Of a DNA stretch of 64,000 bases, positions 35,607 to 49,700 are shown in pieces; positions within the stretch are counted from its first letter, which is position 1, and each line of letters begins with the position of its first letter. This DNA comes from Cenococcum geophilum. Its lineage: Eukaryota. The stretch spans positions 6,944,001 to 7,008,000 of the forward strand of contig CP158635.1 in the NCBI GenBank assembly GCA_050273025.1, in the 5' to 3' direction. The notes below the pieces were generated by a model. That model saw only the letters and a program-made list of their open reading frames with translations. It ran no database searches and was not told the origin of the DNA. The translations under genes and the position numbers were made by a program.

Positions 35607-38600
35607 TATTACGGGACACCCCTATAACACCTTATACACGTCCACCTGTTTCTACTAACTTAGCAACTAGAGACCGACCACAAGATAATAATTTGCGGCA
35701 ATCTAACGGCAATCTGCTATATTCTGCTATATTCCGCCAAGTTTTACTAAATCCTGCCAAGTTCTACTAGGACTACTACTTAAATCCTATCCTACTCTGT
35801 ATACGTGTTAACTAAGCAACTAAGCTAATAATATATACCCTTTCTTCTCGTTTTCCTACCTTCTCTCCTTATATAACGTTTTAACCTTATTATATAGTTT
35901 ATATATATAGCTTAATAATATCTACCTCGTTATATATTATTGTCGCTTATACTTACTCTATAACACTACGTTACGTTAACTACTTATACTACTATTAAAA
36001 TGTAGAACGTACCTAAAGTCCCTATAACGGCAGCCAATATACTTACTATACTTAAAGAGCAGATAGTAGGTTTATAGACCCTTATAGAACAAAAGGCCTA
36101 ATACTAATAATTAATTAAAGCCCTCTAAGAAGAAATCCGCATTCTTAAGATACCTACGCTAGAACTTTAAGACCAAACGCTATCCCTAAAGGCCTATATA
36201 CGGAACGCAAGCCCTAAACTAGTAGCAGTTATTTACCTTAAACCAATTACTACACCGCAACGATCCAAAAAACTACTAGACCCCCTAGTATTCACTAATA
36301 AATAACAAAAGCTTTAGTTATTCTTAAGCTGGCTTAGAAATAAGCTAACTAGTAACGCTAACTGCTACCTAACTAAAGCTAACTAACTACTATGCCCTAA
36401 GTTAGTTAGGAGAAGAGGTAGCTAACCTTATTAAACCTCTTTAGCCAAACTTAATATAAAGCCTAGTTAGACTTCTTAAAGCTATATACGGTAATCTAAA
36501 CCACTAAGCCACCGCTTAAAGGAAGATAAATTATATAGCTTAGGAAAAGAAAAGTTTCCTAATATACTTCTCTAAATTTAACCGCTACGTAAGGGAAATA
36601 GGCTGGAATAACTCCACACTAATTAATAGCCTTATTAAATCCCTAAGCCCCAAACTAAAAACTTCCCTAATAGACGTAGATCTACTAGAAGCCCTTAACG
36701 CCTATATAAACGTTATTAATAAACGGTATAATAATATACTGCGTCTAACATTAAAGCCCGCTCCTTAATACAATATAACAGCCCTATAAGTCCCTATTAA
36801 GTTATCTTCCTAGCCTAAGCACTCTAACGCTATATGCATTAACTCTAGAACTCTAAAGTATACCCTATTAGGGTCCCTTAAATAAGAACGACGCATTAAG
36901 CTAGGCCTTTACTTTAAATACGGAAGTAAGTGTTACGGACGCTTTAAGTACAATATTACAACTACTGGAAGAGGAGTCGGAAAAAGCTAGTTGGTTAATA
37001 CAAGCACAGTCTAGGATGGAACCCGTGGAACTATATAACGAGGAATAGTAACCGAGGTCACATAATAAGCTCTATAAGATCTATAAGGAACGCCTTACGT
37101 ACCTTATGTACCTCACGTACCTCACGTACAAGAAGGATTTCATAGGAGTATAGTTGTGTATTTAAGGACCCTTAGTCCCTACTTAGATAGTTCCTTCCTT
37201 ATAGTAATTCTCAGAATATAATTAGAGTTAATCTATTAGGCAACTACTCCACCAGTTATTATTACGTTGTTAACTTCCTACAGTGCCTACACACCTAGCC
37301 CATTAACAAGTCCACCGTAGTTCTTACTACAAGGCTCCGTTACACAATCACTACCTAGTTACGGTCTTAGAAGTTAAACAATATGCTACCAAAAGCAGCT
37401 ATAACAACGCTATTAACGGCAGCAACAACCTTAGGGTTAGGTAACAATACTAATATAGCAGATACTAACTCGCAACTAGTTATAGTCGGGCAGTTATAGG
37501 CAATAGTTAATTAGTTAACAGACAATAACGTAGCACTTAAAAATAGGGTTAATAGAATAGAAGCAGCAAAGGTTAAGTTACCTTTAATTAAGCAATTCTT
37601 AGGAGAGAGATCGAAGCTCAAGGGATTCCTTACGCAAATACACTTTAAAGTCACACAGAAAGGAGCAAAATTGGCAACACCTATGGATCAAGTAGCGTAC
37701 GTAGGATTATTCCTAACAGGAAGAGCGCTTAAATGGTTCAAACCCTACCTTACAGAAATATAGAAAAATAGTATAATAACTACCAATTAGAATATATGAT
37801 ATATGTTCTTAAGCTAAACTAAATTCGTAGAATAATTAACACAAATATTCGGGGACCCGGAAGCAACAACTATAGTAGAAAGAAAGCTTTAGGACCTAAT
37901 ACAGCAAACCTTAACAATTGAATATACAACGCAGTTTTAGATATTAGCTATATAAGTTAAATAGAACAATAAGGCGCTTATAGCACAGTATAAACAAGGA
38001 CTTAAGGCTAAAGTCTAGGACGTAATTATTCTAATAGAAGATGCGGACACCCTTAGGGAATTAATAGATTAAGTAATTAAGATTAATAATAGGATCTTCC
38101 AAAGGGAATAGGCTAAAAGAGGCTAGGATAGAGTTCTACAGTTATATAAGGCGTAGAGTACGCAATAACCAAAGCTAAATTAGAAACTATAGTATAGCGT
38201 AGAGCTAATAGACCTAAGCGGTACTAAAAAAACCTATAAGAGATAGAGAAAACAACTATAAAAACCTAGAAGTTAAGGATTAAGTAATTATAGGACTAAG
38301 AAGCATAGGTTAAACCAAAAATCTTAATAGCAGAAGACGTTTAAGCGGACTGTATAGCAAAAGCAATGGTTTAAAAATAGAGCTTATATAAATTGCGGAA
38401 AACAGGGTTATTTCGCTAAAGACTATAGAAGTAGTTAGAGTTATTATGTAGTAAAGGGAACCAGACTAATAGCATATAACACATACGTATAGAGGGACGA
38501 TAGTATACTATAAGAAATAAAAGAGTGTTTAATCTAAAGTTTTATATTTTATTATAACAACGCATGCCGAATTTATAAAGACGCTAAGTATGGCGCAAGC

Positions 38601-41600
38601 TATTAGCCGTAAGAGCCAAAGTTAAGAGGACTTAAAGGAACTAAAGAGTTAGATAAAGAACAAAATCGACTCTATAAGCTGGATTAAGATATTACAGCAA
38701 TATACGGACAAAAATTAGCAATAATAATAATGGAGTTGGAGTACTTATTAATTAACAGCAATAAGGAAGAAAAAGGAACTAACTAGGGGTATCTAAACCT
38801 TAATAACGCAATAAAAGTAGAGACTAAAACCGCTATAGAGCAAGGTTTAGTAACGGGTATTATAACACTATTAAATACGGCATCTATCGCTTTATAAAAC
38901 GGAAGAAGCAATATTTAAAGACGATTAAGTAAGCAGATGACTGCTAATACTAGCTTACTACTTAATAAAGGTAAAAAGCTAAAGGCTTAAGATTCTTAAA
39001 AAGAGATAAAAAAAAATAACTAAGATTTTTAAGACAAAATAAAGCATGCTTAGGGACCTATAATAAACAATAACCGATAGAGCAGAGTAACGGCTTAGTT
39101 TAGTAATATACGAATAAGCTTAGGACGAAGTTTCCTAAAGATATAAGACTCTTAAAGTAAGATAAGTAAGATTTAAGATTCTTAAAATAAGATAAGAACA
39201 CTAGTAAAGCCTAGTTAGACTAAGGCTAGAGCATAGCTTAAGAGAGAAGCAAGCTTAGGATTAAAGAATCCAAGGGACCAAGAATTTGGAGAATAAATAA
39301 GGACACCCATAAATAAGAGGCAAGAGGCTTCGCTATAGATTAGAGAATCTATAATATAAATAGCAGTTAGGCTGGGAAACAGATATATAAACCCAGAAGA
39401 CTTACTAGTAGAATATAATATTTAGACTAAAGATCAAAAAGTTAATACCAAGATTAAGAAGTAAGAAGACTTTAAAGATCCACTTATAAGGCGAGTAGTT
39501 AAAGAGACCATAGATAAGTTTAGGGCAAGAATCCTTATATAGCAAGAAAAGAAACTAGATATAAGGTCTAGCATATTAGGTCGTACATAAGATAGAGCAC
39601 TAGTACGAAGAATTACTAATAGGCTAAAAGTAGGTACGCTAAAAGCTAAGTGGCTTACTAAACTAGAGAATAAAGAGGATTTAGGGATTCCAACTAGATT
39701 CAAAAAACGGCATATAAAAGGCTATTACGACGCAGTAATAAGAAGATACTTCCTTACGGACAAGCCATATACACTCCAGTAACTATACTAAAAGTAGTAT
39801 AGATAAAGGCACAATAACGAGTAGGAAGATTTCTATATATAGTTAGACAAGAGAGTTATCCAAGACTACCTAATTACGGAAAAAGCAATAAATTATATTA
39901 AGGGAGCCTTAATTATAATATTAAAGGATCTAGAGCAACAATTAGAGGACTAAAGAAGTAAAAGATATATCTTAGTACCTATAAATAAAGTTATAACGTT
40001 TAGATTAACACGACAGAGGTTTAAACTTAAAGATAAAGATAAGTCTAGAGTTAACCCAAAGCACCTAGTATACCATACGCTATTATAGATTATATGCGTG
40101 GACGATATATATAAAATACACAAAAATTTAAAAGAGAAAAACCGGAAATACCTTATAAGGATATATTGGGCGCTAGATAAGTAATAGTATAGAAATGCTA
40201 AGTATATACATAGCTAGCATCTAGTAGAAGTATAGAGTTAAGGGGACCTAATACTTTAACTAGGAAGATTCCTTACGGAAAAATACTTAGACGGATAATA
40301 GTGGTGGGAATGCCTAGAGAATACGTGTCTATAGTATATAAAGGACAAAAAGCAAACGAAGTATTAGCTAAAAAATAAGTCAAGTGTATAAGGATCTAGC
40401 AGCTAATAGTTAGGAAAAGTAGAGGCCTATAAAACTAGAGGGAGCTAGTAGTAGAGCCTTAGACCCTTAAAGGAATTTAAGGACAACACCTAAATTTATA
40501 AGTTAAATAGTAAGATTAGCAGTTTAAAATACTAATAGATAGTAGAGTAATAAGGAACTATATCTTACTAGCAGCAGTAAAAAGGATGGGGCTACTATAC
40601 AGATAAAAGGAGCACCTTTATCTATTAGTTATAATTTTAGGAGATCTAATAGCCTATAGAGGAGGCATTATTAATCTTAAAACAGGACCTATTTAGATAA
40701 CTATTAAAGGGAGATAAATTAAGATGTCCTTTAACATATTACTATTAGGGAATAATAAGGCAGTATTAGAAATGTCTTAGTTATAGGAATACAATCTAAG
40801 GATTAATTAGGTTATAGGTTAGGTTAATATTAGAGATACTTAACGCTGTAAAATGCAATAATAAACTAAGATAGTATAGTACCAAGTAGAGGCAACCTAT
40901 GAAGAAACAGATAAAGGACTAAGTTATATACTAAAAAGATACCATAAGTACGGTAAGAAACTATAGTCACCAGAAAGTAAGAAGCTGTTAGAGTATATAG
41001 CATAGAACTATAAAATAGAATTAGAACTAGGAATAAGTCTAAAGTTCTTTCTAATCTATAAGCTAACTAAAGAAGAGTTAAGAGCTTTAAAAGAGTTTAT
41101 CTATAAAAATCTATAAAAGGGATATATCCGACTATCGCAATTATTAGCAGGATATCTAGTACTATTTATACTAAAGAAGAATAGAAAACTAAAACTATGC
41201 ATTAACTATAGATAGTTAAATAGCATTACTAGAAAGGATAGGTATCTTTTACCCTTAATTAGCAAAATCTAGAACAGGATAGGCAATACGCAAATCTTTA
41301 TAAAGATAGATCTAAGATAGGCGTACCATTAGATTAGAATTAAGGAAGGCAACAAATAAAAAGCAGCCTTTAGGTCAAAGGAAGGACTATATAAGCCATT
41401 AGTTATATAATTCGGGCTTATAAACGCATTAGCAACGTTCTAAAAGCGTATTAACAATATATTAAGAAAATACTTGGATAAATTTATTATAGTATACCTT
41501 AATAATATCATTATCTACTTAATAAGTAAGGAAGAGCACGGAGAACACGTTAAATGGGTCTTAAAGAGACTATAGAAAAAGCAGATGCTAGTAGTAATTA

Positions 41601-42505
41601 AGAAATATAAGTTCTTTACCAAGAAGACAGATTTCGTTAGATTTATTATTAAACTAGGCCAACTTAGTATAGATCCAAAGAAAATCAAGGCTATAGTAAA
41701 TTAGCAAAAACTAGAGAACGTTATACAGCTAAAATCGTTCCTAGGGTTTTACAATTACTGTAAAAGGTTTATAGCTTAATAGTTAAAGAATATTAAGCTA
41801 TTTATAAGGTTAATAAAAAAAGAAGAACCTTAGATATAGGGAGAAGAGTAAAGGAAATTATTTAAGGAGGTTAAGGAGTTGTTTACTTAAGACTTAATCC
41901 TTAAAATCTACCAACTAAAACTAGAGACAGTGGTCGAAACGGATATATTAGACTTTACACTAGGGGCGTACTTCCTATAGAAATATAAAGATAGATAGCA
42001 CTTAGTAGCATACTATAGTTAAAAGATAATACTACTAGAACTAAACTATAACATCTATAATAAGGAGTTATTAGGTATAGTTACAGCACTTTAAAAATAG
42101 AGAGCATTCTTATAAGGCACGGAAAAGCTATTTATAGTTAAGACGGATTATAAGAACCTAACGGGGTTCCTAATAACAAAAGAACTTAATTAGAGACAGG
42201 TTAAATAGGCAAAAATGCTTACAGAATACTATTTTAAGATTTAGTACACTAAGGGCACAGATAATATACGAGTAGATACTCTAAGTAGGAAGGCTAAACT
42301 ATAGAACAATAAGAAGCCATTAGGGGCTTTACTATAAAAAAATATAGATGGATTAATTAAATACAACTATCCGAAAATTATAGTAATAAAAGAAACCAGT
42401 TAAACCTATAAGGCACTAAAGAGTATATAGTTATAAAAGATCTAAGACGCATAGGCAGAGAATCTAGACTTAGAGCAGTACGAAAACCAAAAAGTAATAT
42501 ATATA

Positions 42506-43503
42506 GTAGTAATTCTTTGATTAACGTCTGATACGGATCCTACTGGCCCACGCAGACTACTCCGTCACAGGGGGGAAAACTTGTGTATTTACAGGAAGAA
42601 AACCCCTGCAGTTGGGTTGGGGGAGGAAAAACCCTATGAGCTACCTCAGTCGGATGAAAAACCCCGAATTACCATGTTTGTACGTAGCAGCGGCCCTGCG
42701 GGCCTACAGCACGTCCTCCTCCTTAGATGTTTTGAACTCCTTGGGAACCACTGCTTCCTTCTCCAGCTTATCCAAAGCTAGGGTTCACTACGTCCTAGCT
42801 AGGCCTTGCCGATCGATCGCCGTGTACTTATTGTTTTCTCCCGTATCTTAACCGTCCCCTATGTGCTATCTCTTGTTGACCATTGCCGTATACGCCTTGC
42901 CTCCTTCCCCCCTAGAGCCATTAAAGGCGTAAGGGGGATTCATCCGTTCTAACCACCGTAATACTAATAAGCGAGCGGGATATTGTGTATTTGGGTATCT
43001 TTTGTGCCTAGGCCCCAGCTAGGCCCTCTCTAAGGGTCACCACTCCGTCAAAAGGAGATAGGGAAAACCGTGGGTCGCAATCCAGGCTGCTAGGTAGCAT
43101 TCGGTAGTTGACGGCGAGTGACCGCATACTCCGCGGGCGATTGCCCTGGGGGTTAGGAGGGGCCGTATACTTGCTCGTTTGTGTTCGTTCGCGATCGTTC
43201 GTTCGTCGATGCTTTCAATTGGGGGTTAGGGGACGTTGGATTCCATCTCGTATCCGCGAGGATTACACAGGGTTGAATAAGAGCGTAGCAGTTGTCTACT
43301 ATGAAGGGGGTACCGTCAGTAGTGGTTTTCGAGATCTCACCATCCCATGTGAAAACTTTTCACTACCCCCCACAACATTTTGACCACCACCACGACCCCT
43401 ACCCGCAGCTGTGCGACGTCTCTGCGTTGGCTCTGCTGAGTCCAAAGACCAGCAGGTTCGTAGGCCTCACCACGTATAGGTGCAGAGTCCGATTTCGAGG
43501 ACT
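42506..43503 (-). mobile_element. Ribozyme-headed SINE-like element, family Y copy 2 (little RIP)
   Basis: 14-bp TSD AAGTAATATATATA (42492-505, 43504-17), TAC-repeat tail, absent from the paralogous site in C2 (~60315). Confidence 0.93.
43420..43503 (-). ncRNA. HDV-like ribozyme
   Basis: P1 AGTCCTC/GAGGCCT (one mismatch), P2 CTCTGC/GCAGAG, P3 ACC/GGT, L3 TATACGT with AC partner, P4 CTGCTG/CAGCAG, J4/2 GCCAAC. Confidence 0.82.
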
Positions 43504-44515
43504 AAGTAATATATATACTAAGAAATATCGCAAGAGAGTTTATTAAGTTATTCTATAAGGAACTAACTTAAGGACATAATAGAGCTATGGGCTTAGTGTT
43601 AAGACTCTAAAAGGAGTACATTATTAATAAAATCTAGGGACTAGTAAGGCAAGTTATAAAAGAATATCTAGATTACTAAAGAAATAAACTAGCAAGATAT
43701 AAGCTATATAAAGAGCTATAACCAGTTAAAATACCAGAAAGACCATAAGAGGTTATATTATAGGACTTTATTATAAAGTTACTAAAATTAAGAGATCCTA
43801 TTACTAAATAAGATTATAATGTAATTTTAGTAATAGTAAACAAGCTAATAAAGTGGGGATACTTTATAGCATGCACAGAAGAAATATTAGCGGAAGATAT
43901 CGCTAGAATCTATATTAAAGAAGTATTCGCAAAACATAGAGCACTAAGTAAGATTATATTAGATAGAGATCTAAGATTTATAGCAGCATTTTAGAAGGTA
44001 TTCTTGGCAGAATAAGGAGTTTAAGCAGCAACTTTTACCGCATATTATCCGCAGACAGACGGTTAAACGGAAAGATTAAATTAGACACTAAAATAGTATC
44101 TAAGGCACTATATTAATTATACACAGAATAATTAGGTATTATTATTACTAGTTACACAGTTCGTATACAATGCAATACCTTAAGAAGGAATAGGAACATT
44201 ACTATTTAAGGCGAATTACGGGTACGAACTAAGAATATCATTATCGCTATAATAAGCGAAGAAAATAAGTAGCACAGCTAAGTAAAGAATGGAGATACTA
44301 ATAAATCTTTATATAAACCTTATAAAGATAGTAAAGGTAGTATAATAGAAAATAAAAAAGTACTATAACGCTAAGAGATCTAAGGGACCAAATCTTAAGG
44401 AGGGAGATAAAGTATAGCTACTACATAAAAATTTTAAAAGTTAACAACTAAGTAAGAAGTTAGACTATGTTAAGCTAGGACCTTTTAAAATTAAGAAAAG
44501 GATTTTATTGGTTAT

Positions 44516-44724
44516 TGTCGGAATATATGGACAGAAGTTACGTGGTTACGTGTTGTTGACGTGTCGTCGTCGTGTCTTTGATTAGTTATCCTTATGGTGA
44601 CTAATCAACCCCCTACTTAGGCACCGCGATCCTTACGATCCTCTGCAAAAACAATCATATACAACCTAACAAGACTACGATTACGACATTACGTGATATT
44701 AGCCTTAGGTCATGTGTTCCGACA
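44516..44724. mobile_element. Solo LTR (209 bp)
   Basis: TGTCGGAA...TTCCGACA, TSD GTTAT, absent in C2. Confidence 0.92.
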
Positions 44725-45059
44725 GTTATATTTAAGTTAAACCTACTAGCCAAAATAAAGATCTACCCTATATAGTATATTGCAATACTAGAGCCAGCAT
44801 ATAGAAATATTAAGCCACCAGTCTATAAAGCAGATATATATAGAGGACAGGAAGAAGATAAATAGCAAGTTTTAAAAATCATTAGTTATAAAAACGTTAA
44901 TAATAAAACATAATATAAAGAAAAGTGGATAGGCTACAATAAGACTACCTAGAAACCACTAGAAAATTTAAAAAATACTATAGAAAAGGTATAGGAGTAT
45001 TAGAAGAAAAAAGGTTAGGCAGCATTAATAAAGAAAAATTACCAAAGAACAAACCACCT

Positions 45060-45659
45060 AAAGGGGACCTAGGAGGAACAATTGCCGAACTACTTAGAGT
45101 TATTTCCTTCTCTATTAAAAGAGAATCCGTTTTTTTATCGCCAAGTTCCTATAAACCTTACTCTACTAGTTTCTACTCCTTAGAACGGACCTTCTCACGA
45201 ACTTTCTTAAGACGAAGAAGACGAGCATAAGCGTTTTAACAAGCCTTAAGGGTATAACGCTCCTTATTATAAATACGAGCCAAACGGAGCTTATTATTAT
45301 ACTAAAGTTAATAAATCTCGGCCAGCGCCTCTAACAGTTTATTATTAAGCTTTATAGTAGTAGATTAAACACAAGACCCTATAACAAATTACTTAGGGAA
45401 CTTAAAGACTACTAAGAGTAATAGGACGCGTATACTTAGCATCAGAAATAGAACAAATATCATAAGAGGACCGCATATTCGCTCGCGTATACTTAGTATA
45501 AAAGGACGGTTGTCGGTTAACGGGCAACGCAATTACAACATAAACTAACCCCTTTTTCGCGCAACGAGAACAGGAAGGCATAATCTCACCTAGCGATAGT
45601 ATAACAGCTACAGTACGAGACCAACGCTTAGCTAAGGTAGAAGAAGGAGCCTTAGGCAT
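45060..45659 (-). pseudogene. Antisense accessory gene of Gypsy family C: Cys-rich Zn(II)2Cys6-like domain plus coiled coil (RIPped)
   Basis: ORF 45402-45671 reads MPKAPSS...CSRCAKKGLVY..FYTKYTRANMRSSY, with Tyr at RIP-convertible Cys positions; homologous frames at ~61660-62232(-), ~32503-32980(+) and ~23880-24484(-). End approximate. Confidence 0.65.
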
Positions 45660-46746
45660 AATAAGTAACAATATTAACTAAATTAATTAGATAGATATTA
45701 TACCTCTAGTAAACGACCTAGAGATGCTAGGTATCTTTAAGGACGAAGATAGAAAGGAGGGAGATAGTGTTACGGACGCTTTAAGTACAATGTTATAACT
45801 ACTGGGAGAGGAGTCGGAAGAAGCTAGTTAGTTAATATAAGCACGGTCCAGGATGGAACCCATAGAACTATATAATGAGGAATAGTAACTAAGGTTATAT
45901 AATAAGCTCTATAAGATCTATAAGGAACGCCTTACGTACCTTATATACCTTACGTACCTTACGTATAAAAAGGATTTCATAGGAGTATAGTTGTGTATTT
46001 AAGGACCCTTAGTCCCTACCTAGATAGTTCCTTCCTTATAGTAATTCTTAGAATACAATTGGAGTTAATCTATTAGGCAACCACTCCACTAGTTATTATT
46101 ACGTTGTTAACTTCCTGCAGCACCTATATACCTAGCCCATTAACGAGTCTACCGCAGCCCCTACTACAAGGCTCCGTTACAGTAAGGCTTATATCTTAAA
46201 ATACTACTCTGTCTTTATGCCCTAATACGATTTATAAACGGCTAATACTAGCAGCCGTTTACCGTATTAATCCGCTTACCGTCCCTAATCCTTACTTAGT
46301 TCTAGCCCCATATTTAATAAATACCACTTATAAAGATAAAGCTATAACCGACGTTCTATAGGAACCCCTTCCCGCTCGCTACTAAAAGGTGCGTCCTAGA
46401 GTTAAGTTACTTTTTAGGACAGCTATATTATAGGATCTTATTAAATGCCTTAGATATTATAAACCCTAACTCTTAGGATTGTGATATAACTATTAACTAC
46501 CGTCTTTAGTAGAAAGGTTAATAGGCTAATACTTAAGTCCTAATTAATATAGGAGCTAGCAGCATAGGATTTATTAATAAGATCTTTGCGTAAGATAATA
46601 GGTTTACCCTAATACCCCTTAACCAGCATATTAATATATTTGGATTTAATAGCAAACGTACCATTTTAGGCCGTATTACCTATGTAGTAGCCCTAAGACT
46701 CTAATACCTAAACTATAAAGAACTGATTAAGCTTTTTGTTACTACC

Positions 46747-49700
46747 TGTAACGGCGCTATCGCACGTTACCTGCCAAATTCTGCCATATTCTGCCGACCT
46801 GCGATTAGCCCGCCTAAAGCTAGCGCCTTGGCGGCTCACCCTATATATTTATTTACATCGGTCCTAGCGACCCCTTTTCCTTCTCTTTAGCTTAGTATCT
46901 TGGTAATACAGTATTCGTTCAAGCTTTGGTTTAGAGGCATTTGTTTAAGCCGTGACATTATACTAAGCTCTCCCTACCTTGCCTAAGAAGGCCTCAATAA
47001 TATCCCACCCCAAAGAAACTTCGTCTGCAACGACGCATTAACGCGCTATACTTAGACACCAAAATAACTCTACATTGCCTAGGAAGGCCTAAATAATATC
47101 CCACCTTATAAGCTAGATAGGACTGGACCTGTACCCCCGGAATTAAAACTAAAGCGTATAATACTAACGAACCTTAGGAAGCTAACAATGGCACCTAAAG
47201 CAAGCTTATCTAAGAGAGCTGCCTCTACCTAAGAGGAACCTAAGATCTAATTAGGATTAGAAATCGAAGACAATAATAATATTGTAGATATACGCGAGCA
47301 GATTCGCGCCCTCGTAGCTAGCTAGGAAGCCGATCGTCTTAAAGCGAGAAATATATAAGAGACCCTATAAAAGATCCTAAAAAGCCTTGCGGCCCTATAA
47401 AATAGCCTAGCTTCCCCTTTTTAAAGCCCTAGTCGACCTATTTACTCTACTAAATGCGATATACTAGGGAGTACGGATATAATAACGAAGCAATTAAAGT
47501 CCGTTAAGCTCCTTAACCCCCTACTACTATCTAACGGGATAGACCCTACCTTTAAGAATTAGAGGATTTAAGTATAAGGAAAGCTCCGCGTTAACTATAA
47601 CTATTTCCTTTCCAAAGAAGCTAAAATGCTCTACCTCTTTAGTTAAACCACTAGGGACGCCTAACGGCACCTTTAAGCCAAGTTTGAGGACGACTCCCCT
47701 ATCCAATTTATATCTATTAACGAGATAATACGGCACTTAGCGGCTATTTACGTTAACCTAAATAAAGTATGGGATGCCCGTTATAACTATAATCACCTAA
47801 TAATAAAACTAAACCAACCCTTTGCCGAATTCTAAACTTAATTCCTATACCTTATAGGAAAAGGCCAGGTTCCCTTTAAGAACTACTGATTAGACCTGTA
47901 TGATAAGCTAATAATCCAGCTATAAGAAAAGATCGCTGTAACCTTAAATGACCTACTAACCCACAAAAGACTCGCAGCTTGTTGCCTATTATTAGACTTA
48001 AAACTAAAGCGGATTAACGCCCGCCCTAATTAGTAGAAGCGACTCCGTAATAATCGGAACTCGCTAGCTATACCTATAGAAGCTAGAGTAGGAAGATAAG
48101 TTACGACTGCTCTTATACTAAAGGCGGTTATAACTACGTACTAGTAAGCCTTACCCAACTAGCTACGTACCACGCTATTAACTAGTATTCGCTATAATAC
48201 TTTAATTAACCCTGCCTTGGCTATGTGCTTTAATTATAATAAGTAAGGTTACTTTGCCTTATCCTGCCCGGAGCTAAAGGATATAGGTAATATTAAGGAG
48301 ATGGAGGAAGGAGAAACGTCCGATAAGTCGGGAAAAGAAGAACCCTAGGGAAAGACTCCCCCCTAGGGTACCCTATTAATCTTAAAGAGATTAATCTTAG
48401 TTAGTTAATGGGTGGAAAGTATTTTATAGTTTTATGTATAGTATCTTAAAATAGATATAGAGTTAATATAACCACCCTTATTAACACTAGAGTAAATGGC
48501 TTCGCCTTTATAAATACTACCTATATAAATAATGTTGCCAAGTTTCTAAATGTAGAAGCTATCTAACTAGAAAAGCCTGTCTAGGTAAAGGGCTATAACG
48601 GCTAAGCCGGTTGGCCCGTTACCTATATCTTAAAGTTATATATTGCTCTTAACGGACAACGCTAATACGGCATCCCCTTTTATATTTTAGACCTAGGGTC
48701 CCACGATATAATCCTTAGACGAAAATAGATGTCCTATTTTAATATTTGGTTAAATGTATAAAAAAGACGGTTTATTTGGCCGGAGGATAGACTAAGGTTA
48801 CCCTTCTTTATTAGGGAGATCTGAACTGACCGTAAGACACTAGCCGTAAGGGCTAACCCTACCTACTAGTAGGATGTCTGGGCCCGTGACCTAGCCTTTA
48901 CCTAAGAGGACGCCCGCCGCGAAGCTGGAAAGAACTTTATACTAATAAAGATACTCTCCCGAAGCGCTATATTTAAAGAGGACTCTATATACGGAAGCGG
49001 GATAGATAATAACGTAGATAACGTCTAAATTGCATAGATTTAACTATTATGGAAAAGAACGTATTAATAGGATATAAGGGATAACCTCCGAAAGATGCAA
49101 TAGGAGCTAAAAGAAGTAATAATAACGCTAGTACCCTGGAAGTCCCTAAAGTTATATACACCCCTATTATTAGTTAACCCCCCTACCGTAAACATCGCCG
49201 CAATTAGCGCTGTAGCGTTCTACTTTAATATATACTGGAAGGATAATAAGGTCTTTATAACGAGCCTATATAAGATTAACCGAATTATTAATAATAGAGA
49301 GGAAAGGCTAGATAAGGAAACTAATGAGGAACTAGTCAAACGCCTTCTTCCTACTATTTATATAGGCTATAAGGATGCATTCTTAAAGGCGGCCTTAGAT
49401 AAGTTACCCCCCTACCAGATATATAATTATAAGATTTAATTAGAGGCCTATAACTCGCTAGGCTATAGCCCCCTTTACTATTAATTAACGGATAAGCTAA
49501 AAGTAATAAAGTAGTATTTGATTAATAACCTGGATAAAGGGTTTATTAAGCCAAGTTAAGCCCCTTTTACTTCCCCTATTCTGTTTATAAAAAAGCCTAA
49601 TAGAGGCCTTCGTTTTTATATTGATTATTAAAAGCTAAACGCTATTACTTAAAAGGACTGGTATCCTATTCCTTTAATTAACGAGACCCTTATACGTCTA

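Larger units (their letters stand above)
36931..46181 (+). mobile_element. Full-length Gypsy (chromovirus) family C, copy 1, RIPped
   Basis: 414-bp LTRs at 36931-37344 and 45768-46181, TSD GTAAG, PPT, gag/PR/RT/RH/IN/chromodomain remnants. Confidence 0.95.

Noticed and set aside
43455..43468. GGTTCGTAGGCC resembling a Pol III B-box
   Set aside because: It is on the strand opposite the element and is explained by ribozyme P1'/P1.1; there is no A-box or cloverleaf.
42581..43546. Four short ORFs in the GC-rich insert
   Set aside because: They are antisense to the element, use non-ATG starts and show no recognisable motifs.
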